DNA from: Oceanispirochaeta sp.
GTDB lineage: Bacteria; Spirochaetota; Spirochaetia; DSM-2461
Length of the DNA stretch: 64,000 nt
Reading direction: 5' to 3'
Assembly: GCA_963666275.2 (NCBI GenBank)
Contig: CAXXOA010000001.1
Location: 1-64,000, forward strand
In this document: piece after piece, positions 16,092-27,000 of the stretch
How positions within the stretch are numbered: position 1 is the first letter of the stretch
Layout: each line of letters starts with the position of its first letter
The notes under the pieces: generated by a model
Told to the model about the DNA's origin: nothing
Database searches by the model: none
Seen by the model: only the letters and a program-made list of their open reading frames with translations
Made by a program: the position numbers and the translations under genes

Positions 16092-17393
16092 TTAATACTC
16101 GTCGAGAAGTTCCTGGGCCTTTGCTTTAAGGGTAGCATGAGCCTGAACAGGAGATATGCCGGAAAGCATAACCGATTCAATGGCTTCTTTTACAAGTTCT
16201 TCCATTTTTGCACCATTCTCAGCAGTGTATACCACATTGGCTCTGGCCAGGTCGTCTACGAATACATCTGAATAGGGCATATTCTTGAAGGTCTCTGATT
16301 CCATCAGTTTTTTGGTGGGAGGAATGATGTTCACTTCTTTCAGGTACTCTTCATCATGGCTCATCATGAAGGAGACGAACTCCCAGGCCATGGCAATCTT
16401 TTTATCTGAATTCTGGGCGTTAACCATATAGTACTGACCATAATAGTTGGAGGCCACATCATTGACGGCATCTTCAAAGGTAGGGAAGGGAATGATCATC
16501 CATTCTCCCGAATCATAGAACTCTTTGTTATCGCTTCGGATTCTGGCTTCCTGATAGAGGCCGGAGAGGCACATGGCCATGTCGTTGTTGTCCATGTTGA
16601 AAATCTTCCGGGCATTCTTGTAGGTGGGAGATCCGAGGTTTCTGCCGTTGGGTCCCCATTCCTGCATGTAGGTCAGAACTTTGATCCAGGCGTCTTCATT
16701 GATAATGGCAGTTTTTCCGTCATCGCTGACAAGTTTACCGCCCAGCTGTTCTACCATGGGGATCACAGAGATCAAATAGTAGGGGTACCGGAAGTCAAAT
16801 CCTCTTCTGGTGATGATTTCGCCCTCTCTCAAAACAAGTTTTTCAGAAATGTCTGCCATCTCCTCCCATGTTTTGGGATAGTCTGTTTCGGCATTGAGAC
16901 CCGCATCGGCAAAAACCCTCTTGTTCAGGTAAATGGCCCAGTTGTTCAGCTCAAGGGGAATTCCGTAGATCTCATCATCCACAGTGACCGAGTCCAGAGA
17001 GCCTGTCATGTACTGATCCACCATCTCTGCCGCATCCGCATAACCTGCCGCTTCATAATTGACAGGGGCAACCCGGCCGTTGGAAATATACGAATAGGCC
17101 TGCTCTATCTGCATGTTGAAAATATCCGGTCCGGCATTGGCTGCAAACGCTGTCAGAACCAGTTCGAATATCTTTTTGGAAGAGTGGGTAACCCGGTTGA
17201 TGGTTACATTCGGATGTGTTGCCATAAACTCTTCGACATATCTGGTTTCAATGGCGTCACGGTTGGGGTCTTCATGGGTCCAGAACTCCAGGGTAATGGG
17301 TCCGTCTTCTGATTCACTCTGCTGTCCGTTGGCACTGACATTAAAAGTCAGTACTGCCAGAAGAGCTAAAGTGATTAAATAGGATTTTTTCAT
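16092..17393 (-). CDS. Sugar ABC transporter substrate-binding protein
   Basis: Signal peptide MKKS...ANGQQ, LEFW, PDIF, YGIP, PKTWEE; GGAGG SD before 17393. Confidence 0.92.
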   Translation of the reverse strand: MKKSYLITLALLAVLTFNVSANGQQSESEDGPITLEFWTHEDPNRDAIETRYVEEFMATHPNVTINRVTHSSKKIFELVLTAFAANAGPDIFNMQIEQAYSYISNGRVAPVNYEAAGYADAAEMVDQYMTGSLDSVTVDDEIYGIPLELNNWAIYLNKRVFADAGLNAETDYPKTWEEMADISEKLVLREGEIITRRGFDFRYPYYLISVIPMVEQLGGKLVSDDGKTAIINEDAWIKVLTYMQEWGPNGRNLGSPTYKNARKIFNMDNNDMAMCLSGLYQEARIRSDNKEFYDSGEWMIIPFPTFEDAVNDVASNYYGQYYMVNAQNSDKKIAMAWEFVSFMMSHDEEYLKEVNIIPPTKKLMESETFKNMPYSDVFVDDLARANVVYTAENGAKMEELVKEAIESVMLSGISPVQAHATLKAKAQELLDEY

Positions 17394-17524
17394 TTTATCC
17401 TCCATTGGATTGTTCTATTTATTATGGCCGGGGAAAAAAAAACAGGCTATATGAGATATTTTAAAAAAATAGGACAAATCTGATATCCCCCGGCCGGGGA
17501 TGCCGGGGGAGAAGGAGGGGGGGG

Positions 17525-18694
17525 CTAGGCCAGTAGGTTTTTTCGGATGTTTCCTTTTACAAGAGTCAGCAGCACATTGTACTGTTTGTCAAAGACGGTT
17601 ATATCAGCACTGTGCCCCGGGATCAGAGTTCCCTTACGGGAGAGTCCCAGAAGCCGGGCAGGATTACTGGTGGCCATCTGAACGGCATGTTCCACAGGGA
17701 CTTCCCAGGAAATCAGGTTCTTGATGCTCTGGATCATGGTAATGCAGCTTCCCGCCAGGACGCCGTCTGTTTTCTTGAAAACTCCTTCGTCCTGCCTGAC
17801 CTCTTCACCGTTGGCCAGCAGAGTGCCCTCTTTCTGGGAGGTGGGTTTCAGAGCATCTGTCACAAGAACGACTTTGCCTACAGGTTTCTCTCTCAGAAGC
17901 AGACGGATCAGTTCAGGATGAACATGAATTCCGTCTGCAATGATTTCGCAGGACATTTCGGGATGAATCATAATGGCCCCGACGGCTCCGGGGTTCCGGT
18001 GATGGAGCCGGCTCATGGCATTGAAGAAATGGGTGGAGTGCAGGATTCCTGCCTGCATGCCTTCAACCATGTTTTCATAACCCGCATCGGTATGCCCCGC
18101 CTGAAGGACAATGCCGTTCTTAAGGCAGAACAGTGCCAGTTCCCGCATATTCTTAAGCTCTGGAGCCACTGTCATATTGGTGATCAGGCCCTTTCCCCGG
18201 TCAAGGAACTTTTTCATAAGCTCCATATCAACAGGTCTCACGCCCTCTGCATTCTGGGCGCCGATCCGATGGGGGGAAATAAATGGACCCTCCAGGTGTA
18301 TGCCCAGTATTTCTGCCCCCTTCTCATTACCACGGGCCTGGACTACCGCATCTATAGAATTGAGCATGGCGTCGGGGCTGTTGCAGTACACGGTGGGGCA
18401 GAAAGAACTCACACCCTGCTGGGCCAGGATCCCTGACATTTCCAGAATAGCCTCGGAGGACTGATCTTCCGTACCGTAACCCCCGACGCCATGGATATGG
18501 GTATCGATGAATCCGGGAGTGATCCAGGCACCCTGAAGATCAAACACCAGGGTGTCAGAAGGGATCCTTTTCTGTTCGAACCGCTTGAGGCTGATCACAT
18601 CACCTATCTGCCCGTTTTCAATATAGACGCAGCATTTCTCCTGCTTGATATATCCTGTTACGGCTGTACCGTTAATTAACCAGATATTCTGCAT
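17525..18694 (-). CDS. nagA: N-acetylglucosamine-6-phosphate deacetylase
   Basis: PGFIDTHIHG, HLEGPF, GHT, THFFNAM, DGIH, VTDA, LAGS motifs; start moved to MQNIW. Confidence 0.93.
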   Translation of the reverse strand: MQNIWLINGTAVTGYIKQEKCCVYIENGQIGDVISLKRFEQKRIPSDTLVFDLQGAWITPGFIDTHIHGVGGYGTEDQSSEAILEMSGILAQQGVSSFCPTVYCNSPDAMLNSIDAVVQARGNEKGAEILGIHLEGPFISPHRIGAQNAEGVRPVDMELMKKFLDRGKGLITNMTVAPELKNMRELALFCLKNGIVLQAGHTDAGYENMVEGMQAGILHSTHFFNAMSRLHHRNPGAVGAIMIHPEMSCEIIADGIHVHPELIRLLLREKPVGKVVLVTDALKPTSQKEGTLLANGEEVRQDEGVFKKTDGVLAGSCITMIQSIKNLISWEVPVEHAVQMATSNPARLLGLSRKGTLIPGHSADITVFDKQYNVLLTLVKGNIRKNLLA

Positions 18695-18716
18695 AGTTTT
18701 AACTGAGCTCCTTTCT

Positions 18717-19730
18717 TTATGAAGCGTTTCCGATTTTTCTGGCTCTAACAGGCCTGTCCAGGTCAATATTGAGAACAAGCCCTGTTTCTACAAGTAAATT
18801 CCATCCTGCAGCCAGCTGCAGATAGTGCGGGAATTCCGTATTGACGGGAATCCGGATCCCCGGAAAAGGGGTTTCTCTGTCCGAAATGGCGAAGACTCCG
18901 GCTCCGGTTCCCGAAACTATACACTTCTGAATCATTTCATATTCACCGGGAAAGGGATCTATCAGAACCACCGCATCTTCCGGAGTCAGAACTTCTTCAA
19001 CCCCATGGAGAAGGTAGGTTCCCTCCAGGTAGGATGAAGGCTTCCGGGCGATCTCGTTTGTTTTGAGAGTCAGCTCTTCTGCCACTCCCGTATGGGGCCC
19101 GGCAAAATAGATCTTTCCGGCCCCTGCCAGTCTCTGAGGGATCTCCGGATCCACAGACATTGTCAGAACCTTTTCCATGTCCTGGGCAAGCTGATCCAGT
19201 CCGGTCAATGGGATTCCCTGTCTGGCCGCGGTGAAAGCTTGGAGCACAAGGGCCTGTTCCACTACGCTCTTTGTCGCAGCTACAGCCTGTTCCTTTCCTC
19301 CCGACAGGATAATATGAGAATCGGACAGCGGGATCAGGGGGGAGTCCTCTGCCGATGTGACAAGGCACAAGCCCCGGCACCTGTTTCTCTCCTGAGAAGA
19401 AAGGTGATCAAAGAGGACTGCCAGTTCCTTGGTTTTGCCTGAATTTGACAGGCCGATGACGGCCGTATCGCTTAAATCATAGGGGATGGCTTCGTAGGAA
19501 CCGGAAGTGTAGATGAAATCCTGTTTATGCCTCATATTGAAATGGATGGCATTTCTGCCGGGGAAAATACGGCTGCTTCCTTCGCCGGTAAACAGGACTT
19601 TTTCTGATGATCCCGTCTTCTCCTGAAACGGGGCGGCCGCATCGGCAGAAAAGCTTCTTATGATGCCGGCGGTTTCAAGCATCTCCCGGCAGAGACTGAA
19701 GCGGTTATATTTTTCTTCTGTTGAATTCAT
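18717..19730 (-). CDS. Double-SIS protein, likely glucosamine-6-phosphate deaminase (NagB-II type)
   Basis: GEGSS, SNSGKT, AATKS, EELTLKTNE, HG, RARK motifs; no glutaminase domain; adjacent to nagA. Confidence 0.8.
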   Translation of the reverse strand: MNSTEEKYNRFSLCREMLETAGIIRSFSADAAAPFQEKTGSSEKVLFTGEGSSRIFPGRNAIHFNMRHKQDFIYTSGSYEAIPYDLSDTAVIGLSNSGKTKELAVLFDHLSSQERNRCRGLCLVTSAEDSPLIPLSDSHIILSGGKEQAVAATKSVVEQALVLQAFTAARQGIPLTGLDQLAQDMEKVLTMSVDPEIPQRLAGAGKIYFAGPHTGVAEELTLKTNEIARKPSSYLEGTYLLHGVEEVLTPEDAVVLIDPFPGEYEMIQKCIVSGTGAGVFAISDRETPFPGIRIPVNTEFPHYLQLAAGWNLLVETGLVLNIDLDRPVRARKIGNAS

Positions 19731-19742
19731 TTTTCCTCCTCT

Positions 19743-20645
19743 CTATCTGGATGACCACAGATCGGCAGGATAGATTCCCTGCTCAATGTTTTTCAGGATA
19801 TGCTCCTGCACTGAGGGTTTATCCTCCTGATAGGTCACGCCGTACCAGCGGCTGTCTGTGGGGATCACATCCACTGTGGTTTTCCGATTCTGAATGAGCT
19901 GTCTCACAATGGTCGGTATATAAAACTCCGAAGTCAGATTCCCATGCTCCTGTTTCAGAAAATTTTTGAATTCCTCCCGGGCAAAGTCAAAAACCGGAGG
20001 GGTGAAGAGCCACATATTCATTGATACTGTATTCTCCGCCTCCAGGGGAAAAGAGGCCTGTGAGATAATCCGGTTCTCTCCGGCTTTTTCAATTCCCAGA
20101 ACCTCTTCGATATCGGTAAGGCTGTTATTGCCGTCGGTTTTACAGATACCTCTGGCAACGGATCCGTATTCGGAAAGGGTGTTTTTAAGTTTGTACCCTA
20201 TCATGGCCGCCTTCAGTTCCCGGGATGAGATCTTTTCCAGATAGGCTGAGGCCGCAACGAAGGCCTCCCTTCCGTAAAGATCATCCGCATTGATTATCGT
20301 AAAGGGGGTCTTTACTTCTTGCCGGGCTGCCAGGAGAGCCTGGCCTGTCCCCCAGGGTTTTGTTCTTTCTTCAGGACCTCTGAGTCCATCCGGAAGATCC
20401 CTGATATCCTGAAATACATAGGACACATTGACAAGACTGGCAAACCTGCTGCCGAATCTGAGGATAAAATCTTTTTCAATATCCCTTCTGATGATCAGGA
20501 CCACATTGGTAAAACCTGCCTGAACCGCATCATACACAGAGTATTCAAGGATTGTTTCCCCTCCGGGCCCGACGGCGTCAAGCTGCTTCAATCCTCCATA
20601 GCGGGATCCGAGACCGGCAGCCATAATGACGAGAGTTTTCCGCAT
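19743..20645 (-). CDS. Sugar-phosphate nucleotidyltransferase
   Basis: MAAGLGSRYGGLKQ, KPWGTG, NADD, WYGVTY motifs; start moved to MRKT. Confidence 0.88.
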   Translation of the reverse strand: MRKTLVIMAAGLGSRYGGLKQLDAVGPGGETILEYSVYDAVQAGFTNVVLIIRRDIEKDFILRFGSRFASLVNVSYVFQDIRDLPDGLRGPEERTKPWGTGQALLAARQEVKTPFTIINADDLYGREAFVAASAYLEKISSRELKAAMIGYKLKNTLSEYGSVARGICKTDGNNSLTDIEEVLGIEKAGENRIISQASFPLEAENTVSMNMWLFTPPVFDFAREEFKNFLKQEHGNLTSEFYIPTIVRQLIQNRKTTVDVIPTDSRWYGVTYQEDKPSVQEHILKNIEQGIYPADLWSSR

Positions 20646-20670
20646 ATTCCTGCTTCTCCTTAGAAAAGGA

Positions 20671-20733
20671 ATACTAGACCTTTCCATCAGAGGAGTGAAA
20701 TAGTGAAATCCGCTGAATATATGGACAAATCCG
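20671..20733 (-). promoter_or_regulatory. Promoter and AraC-type operator of the nucleotidyltransferase-SIS-nagA operon
   Basis: Minus-strand TTCACT-17-TAGTAT; AAATCCG direct repeat spaced 21 bp (20706, 20727). Confidence 0.55.
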
Positions 20734-20738
20734 TAAAA

Positions 20739-21608
20739 ATGGATGATTATATCTCCATGTTCAGCCCTTCAGATGTTGTGTATTCAGATGAAATGGTAGA
20801 TATTCTCAAACATATTACCAGGGTAATGGGGCTGAGGATGTCTCTGCTGGATCTTTCCTACCGTGAAATAGCCCCTCTGGACAAACTGCTTCCCTGCGAT
20901 TTCTGCAGAATAATTCAGAATGACCTGAATCTGTATGATTCCTGTGTCCGGAATGACAGGACCTACTGCCGCCGGGCCATGGAGGATCAGTCGGTTGTTC
21001 ACTATCACTGCCATGCCGGATTGAGAGAAGCTGTTTTTCCCCTGTTTATTGAGAAGGAATGCATCGGTTTTTTTCTGATAGGGCAATTCAGAACAGGAGA
21101 GGATCTGCCTCATGATATTCTGTTCAAAGCTCCTTCTCCTGTCCGGGAAAGTCTGATCCGGGCCCATAAAAAGCTCCCGGAGTACAATGGGGAGAAGCTT
21201 GAAAGTATCATTGAAATCCTCAAGATCACAACAGACTATATTCTGGAGCATCACTATCTTTCCCTCCGCAAATCCCTTCTGGGAGACAAGATCTTTGAGT
21301 ACATGCACCGGAACAGGGGACTGTCTCTTACCATGAAAGACCTTGAAGAGATATTTCACAGGTCTGCCTCCACTATTAATCAGGCTCTGAAACTGAAGAC
21401 CGGGAAGAGTTTCAAACCCCTGCAGCTCACTCTCAAAATCGATTATGCGGCGGAACTGCTGTGCAGTGCTCCCGAGCTGTCCATTAGAGAAATTGCCCAG
21501 AGGGCCGGTATGGAGGATCCCCTCTACTTTTCCAGAATTTTTAAAACCTACAAAGCCGTGTCTCCCTCCCGGTACAGAAAAGAAAGAGGGCGTAAATATA
21601 AGCTCTAA
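20739..21608 (+). CDS. PocR-domain AraC-family regulator (start uncertain: 20703, 20721 or 20739)
   Basis: CDFC...C...D...YHCHAGL...GQF PocR motif; C-terminal AraC DPLYFSRIFK. Confidence 0.88.
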   Translation: MDDYISMFSPSDVVYSDEMVDILKHITRVMGLRMSLLDLSYREIAPLDKLLPCDFCRIIQNDLNLYDSCVRNDRTYCRRAMEDQSVVHYHCHAGLREAVFPLFIEKECIGFFLIGQFRTGEDLPHDILFKAPSPVRESLIRAHKKLPEYNGEKLESIIEILKITTDYILEHHYLSLRKSLLGDKIFEYMHRNRGLSLTMKDLEEIFHRSASTINQALKLKTGKSFKPLQLTLKIDYAAELLCSAPELSIREIAQRAGMEDPLYFSRIFKTYKAVSPSRYRKERGRKYKL

Positions 21609-21675
21609 ACGGAAATGTCGGTATATTTCCGGGGAAGCAATTGCATTTACCCTGTATTGTCATTAGTATACAACT

Positions 21676-22821
21676 GTGTTACTGGAGCGATATCTGACGG
21701 CTGACTTAAGTCTGTTTCTCTTTTTTATTCTCCTAATGATTTCCATCGTTCACTGGAGAGTCAGAGGGGGCCGGTCTTTTCAGGTAACACTTTTTGTCGG
21801 TTTATGTAACTCCACTATGCTCATGATGCTTCTGGATGTGCTGTTCCGGTTTTTCAACGGAGGAGAGAACAGAGCTCTCATCAATATCATCACCTGGCTG
21901 TATTTTCTTGTAGAACCGGTTCCCATGCTGTTCTGGCTCTGTTATCTGGATTTCTACCTGCATAAATCGCAGAAACACCTGCAGCGGAGGTTCTATTACA
22001 TCCCTGTCTTCTTTGTTATTTTGATCGTTCTGCTGGCAGATCCTTTTACACACTGGGTGTACTTCATTGACGGGAATAATTCTTACAGGAGAGGGCCGCT
22101 GGTCCCTCTGGTTGTGTTCTTTAACTTTTTTGTTCTTTTTATCACTATGGTTACTGCTTTTATCAGGAAAAGGGATGTGGGGAGACGGGTGTTTATCAGT
22201 CTTGTCATGTTCAGCCTACTGCCCATAGCGGGCAATCTTCTGCAGTTTATGCTCCATGGAACTGTTATCCTGTGGCCCACAGTCGCTATGGCTGTCATCT
22301 TTCTCTATATTTTTCTTGAATCCCAGAAGGACAGGAAAGACTATCTGACAGGACTTATGAACAAACAGCAGATGGATGACACCATTCAGAATCGCCTGAG
22401 CTCACTGGACAGAAAAAGACCGTTTACTCTTGTGATGATAGACCTGGACGATTTTAAATCCATCAATGATACCTACGGGCACAAGGAGGGGGACCGGGCG
22501 CTTGTAAAGGCGGCAGAGCTGGTCTATCACTCCCTTCGCTCGGTTGATAAGGTTGCCCGGTTCGGCGGGGATGAGTTTCTTGTTCTTCTTGAAGAGGATC
22601 AGAAGGAGGAAGTGGAAAAGGTTATCTCCCGTCTCTATGAGGAAATTCGGTTTTTCAACTCCAGAGAAATCGTTCCGTATGCCATAAATCTCAGCTGCGG
22701 TTATAAGATCATTACCCGGAATGAAAATAAATCTCTTTATGATTATATTCATGAAGCCGATCAGGATATGTACAGGAATAAACGCCGGAGGAAAGAGTCC
22801 CGCCTTCCGCTGAACAGATAG
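21676..22821 (+). CDS. Membrane-bound diguanylate cyclase (multi-TM + GGDEF)
   Basis: DYLTGL, DLDDFKSINDTYGH, RSVD I-site, RFGGDEF. Confidence 0.92.
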   Translation: MLLERYLTADLSLFLFFILLMISIVHWRVRGGRSFQVTLFVGLCNSTMLMMLLDVLFRFFNGGENRALINIITWLYFLVEPVPMLFWLCYLDFYLHKSQKHLQRRFYYIPVFFVILIVLLADPFTHWVYFIDGNNSYRRGPLVPLVVFFNFFVLFITMVTAFIRKRDVGRRVFISLVMFSLLPIAGNLLQFMLHGTVILWPTVAMAVIFLYIFLESQKDRKDYLTGLMNKQQMDDTIQNRLSSLDRKRPFTLVMIDLDDFKSINDTYGHKEGDRALVKAAELVYHSLRSVDKVARFGGDEFLVLLEEDQKEEVEKVISRLYEEIRFFNSREIVPYAINLSCGYKIITRNENKSLYDYIHEADQDMYRNKRRRKESRLPLNR

Positions 22822-22985
22822 TTTCCGCCTCTGTTGACGGCCCCCTCTCCTATCACTATATTTTTCATAGGATTCGACTTTTTTCTTTGACTCGATTAAA
22901 ATTATCCATAGATATACCGGTACAGTAATAAAAGGTTCCCTCTGGGCTTCTCTCCTTTTGTATCGTTGATTGGGAGATAAAAGGA

Positions 22986-24020
22986 GTGTTTATGCCTTTG
23001 TCAAATCTTGTAAAGTCATCTCTGATACCCATGTTTCTGATTTTCATCCTCTCCTGTAATGGAAAAGACAAGGAGCTGATGCTCAGAATCGGAACAGCAG
23101 AATCGGAGATGAAGGAAGTGGCAGGAAATATTAATGAAGACTTTACTGACCTGCGGTCTCAGGTCGGATTCCTGGCTTCGTTCATTGAAGGGCTCTACGA
23201 AGAAGAGTCAATCCGGGAGACTCTGAAAAGTGTGGATACCTCTCTGTATGCTCTGCATCCCGACGGCGTTTTCTATAAGCCCCAGGATGACGGGAAATCA
23301 GCCGTGTTTGTTTCCGGGTATTATCCGGTAACAGAGGAAATAAAACGACATGTTTATTTTACAGAACCGGCGGATCAGGTTTTTATGGAAATCTGCCGCA
23401 GTTTTCCCGCGGTGGCACAGGCCTATTACAATGATAAATACAGCTATAACAGGATCTATCCTTTTTTCGATGTGATTACCCAGTACGAGCCGAAAATCAA
23501 TATCCCCTCCTTCAATTTTTATTTCCTGGCTGACGAAGAGCACAATCCGGACAGAGATGCCCTCTGGGTCAACGAACCCTATATAGATCCTGCCGGAAGG
23601 GGATGGATGGTTTCTGCCATTGCCCCTGTCTATGTCCATGACAGTCTGGAAGGGGTGGCGGGACTGGATGTGACAATCAATACAATTACAGACCGGTACA
23701 TAGGATCCGAACTGAATGATATTGCTATACTGGACTCTTCAGGAACTGTTGTTTCCATACAGGACTATCTTGTGACACTGTTCTCCCTGCCGGGACTTCA
23801 GAACCATAAATACCTGGAAACCATAAAGCAGGATTCCTATCTGGCGGATGACTATAACCTGCTTCTCAGCAAATCCAAGGAGATCCGAAGAGTGGCGACA
23901 GATATTTTTAAAAACCGGCAGAACCGGGTAACCTTCTCCAAAGGGGACGAAGAGTACATTGTTCTGGTAGAAGATATTCTGGAACTTGACTGGAAAATCT
24001 TTAAAGTTCTCAAGAAGTAG
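22986..24020 (+). CDS. Stand-alone Cache-domain lipoprotein
   Basis: Lipobox ILSC; W..EPYID...SAIAPVY...GVAGLD dCache signature; no output domain. Confidence 0.75.
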   Translation: MFMPLSNLVKSSLIPMFLIFILSCNGKDKELMLRIGTAESEMKEVAGNINEDFTDLRSQVGFLASFIEGLYEEESIRETLKSVDTSLYALHPDGVFYKPQDDGKSAVFVSGYYPVTEEIKRHVYFTEPADQVFMEICRSFPAVAQAYYNDKYSYNRIYPFFDVITQYEPKINIPSFNFYFLADEEHNPDRDALWVNEPYIDPAGRGWMVSAIAPVYVHDSLEGVAGLDVTINTITDRYIGSELNDIAILDSSGTVVSIQDYLVTLFSLPGLQNHKYLETIKQDSYLADDYNLLLSKSKEIRRVATDIFKNRQNRVTFSKGDEEYIVLVEDILELDWKIFKVLKK

Positions 24021-24031
24021 GGGCTCTCTCA

Positions 24032-27000
24032 TTGAAACGGTCAATTGTTGTTACAGTGTCATTCATACTCATCCTCTCGGTATTCATTGGAATTGTGGCC
24101 TACCATTTCAACGGTATTCTTGAAACACAGAAAAGATTCACCAATGAGATGCTGATCAATCAGACCGTCCTCAGCGGGAACAATCTGCAGAACTATATAC
24201 TGTCTTTTGAAGAGGAGGCAAAACATCAGCTGACCGTAACGCCCTATCAGAATATCATACGGAATGAAGAGATCGATTCCTACCTGTTTAATCAGATTCG
24301 CCGCTTCTATTCCAAATATCAGAATATTATCAACTCGATCCATATATTCGATTCGGAAAGATCCCGGTATCTTCAGAAAAGCGAGGAGAACTATTTTACT
24401 ATTACTGATATCCGGGAAACCCCTTCGAATTCACAGTTCGTAGACGAGACATCTGTCAAATCCAGACAGGGCCGACTCTTCTATCTTCTCCCCATCCGGG
24501 AAGGAGGCAGGGTGGTCGCCAATATGGAGATCGGCCTGGACCTGCCCGGTGCGGTCGGTCAGGAACTGCAAAGGTTTCACTATACCGGAAGACGGTCCTG
24601 GTACTGGTGCATCGATGCTGAAGGCCGGATCGTCTATTTTCCCGAACTGTCCGGCCGGGAGACTCTGCCTTCTGAATCAATGGATATGATCACCCGTGAT
24701 ATCAGTATGAATTTTGAAGGACTGATTGAGCATACTCTGCCCCTGGACGACGATATTTCCGTGTTCTCCGCCTACTATCCCATACAGATTTTCAACAACA
24801 GATACGGAGTTGTGTTCTCCATTGACCGGAAGGTCTGGTTCGGACAGATCAAATCGAAAACTATTATTATCATCATCTGTTTTATTATCCTGATCGGCCT
24901 GATCAGTATCTATTTTTCCCTGATCATCCGGCAGAGGAGAAAAGTCGAAAAGAAACTTGTTCAGAGTGAAGGTCAGATCAAAAACATCCTCGAAAATCTT
25001 CAGGTTGGTGTCGTTATTGTCAACAGGGAAACCCTGCAGATTGAATTTGTGAATAAGAATGCCGCCGATATGGTGCAAACGGAAGTTTCTGAGCTTGTGG
25101 GCAGCAGAAGCAGTTACTTTTCCTATTCGGACGGGTGGAGGAGTTCTCACGATGCGCCTCCGGAAGAGATCCTTATTACAAAAGAGCAGATCATCGACAG
25201 CTCCGATGGTGCCACAATGAATATTCTCAATACGATTTCGAGCATGGAGTACAGAAATCATCCCTGCCTGCTGAATGCTTTTATTGATATTACCGACAGG
25301 AAAAGGGCTGAAATCGAACTTCTGAAGATGAATGAAAGCCTGAGGGAACAGTCGGAGCTTTCAGGGATCCTGGCATCGAAAGCCGATGCCGCCAACAGGG
25401 CCAAGAGTGATTTTCTTGCCAATATGAGTCATGAGATCAGAACTCCCATGAATGCCATTGTCGGATTCAATACTCTTCTGAGGCAGACGGAACTGACGAC
25501 TGATCAGCAGGAGTATATGAATTTTATCGAGGAATCCATAAAGACCCTTCTGAAAATCATTAATGACATCCTGGACTTTTCAAAAATTGAAGCAGAGAAA
25601 CTCTTCCTCGATGCAGTGGATTTCAATCTGGATGAAGTGCTTGATAACATCTCCAGGATTGTCGGGATCAATGCTTTTCAGAAGGGCCTTGAATTTATTC
25701 TCATCAGGAATAAAAGTACTCCTGTCAATCTTGTAGGGGATCCGCTCAGACTGGAACAGGTGCTTCTGAATCTTACCAATAATGCGGTCAAATTTACAGA
25801 AAAAGGTGAAATCATAGTCAAAGTGGCGCTTATTGAGCAGGATTTCAGCCATGTTACCCTGAACTTTGAAGTCCATGACACTGGGATAGGCTTCAGTCCC
25901 GAACAGCATGAAGGACTCTTCGGAGCCTTCTCCCAGGCGGATACATCCACAACAAGGCAGTACGGAGGAACAGGGCTGGGGCTGACCATTTCCAGGCATC
26001 TTGTGGAACTCATGGGCGGGAAAATGACTGTGGAAAGCTCTCCCGGCAGAGGCAGTGTTTTCTCCTTTGTTGCGGATTTTCAGATCAGTCAGAAACGGGA
26101 GGAATCCAGATCCAGGGACCTTATAAAGCTGGGGAAACTGGATCTTGTCATGATTGTGGATGATAACAGCAGCGTACAGCAGGTTGTCAGGAATTATCTC
26201 AGTGATCTGGCCGAGGATTTTACAGGCGCGGACTCAGGGGAGCAGGCGGTTGTACTCTACAGAGAACTGCTGGCCGGGGGCAGAGTCCCGGATCTGATCC
26301 TGTTGGACTGGAGTATGCCCGGACTGGACGGAATCCAGACCTGGAGAAAAATACGGGAACTGCACCGGGGAGAGCCTCTCCCCCGGGTTATTCTGACAAC
26401 CGCCTACGGCTTCAATGAACCTCGATCCACCGCTGAAGAGGAAGGAATCCACAGCATTATAATGAAACCCATTACCCGGTCCTCCATTTTTGATGCTATC
26501 CTGAATGAATTCGGCGGAAGCATGGTGATAAAAGAGGCCAGAAAAAGCTCCCGACTCCCCGATTCGGGGACTGATGATATCCATATTCTTATAGTTGAGG
26601 ACAATCAGATCAACCAGGATGTTCTGTTTGCCATGCTGAAGACCAGCGGATACAGGGTCGATATTGCCGGAGACGGGCTGGAAGCCATAGAGCATCTGAA
26701 GCAGAACTCCTATGATCTTGTTCTTATGGATCTGCAGATGCCCCGATGTGACGGATACGAAGCCACCAGACGTATAAGGCATGAACTCCAGATGACAGAA
26801 TTACCTGTTATTGCTTTAAGCGCGGATGCCATGAAGGGAACAAGGGAAAAGGCACTGGAGTCGGGGATGAATGCCTATCTGACCAAACCTCTTGATGTGG
26901 ATGCCCTGTATACAGCAATCCAGCACTGGATCGGTTCGGGCCGCGAGACAGCGGATGGAGCGGAGTCTGTTCCCCCGGAGGAGACCTCTCTCATTCAGGA

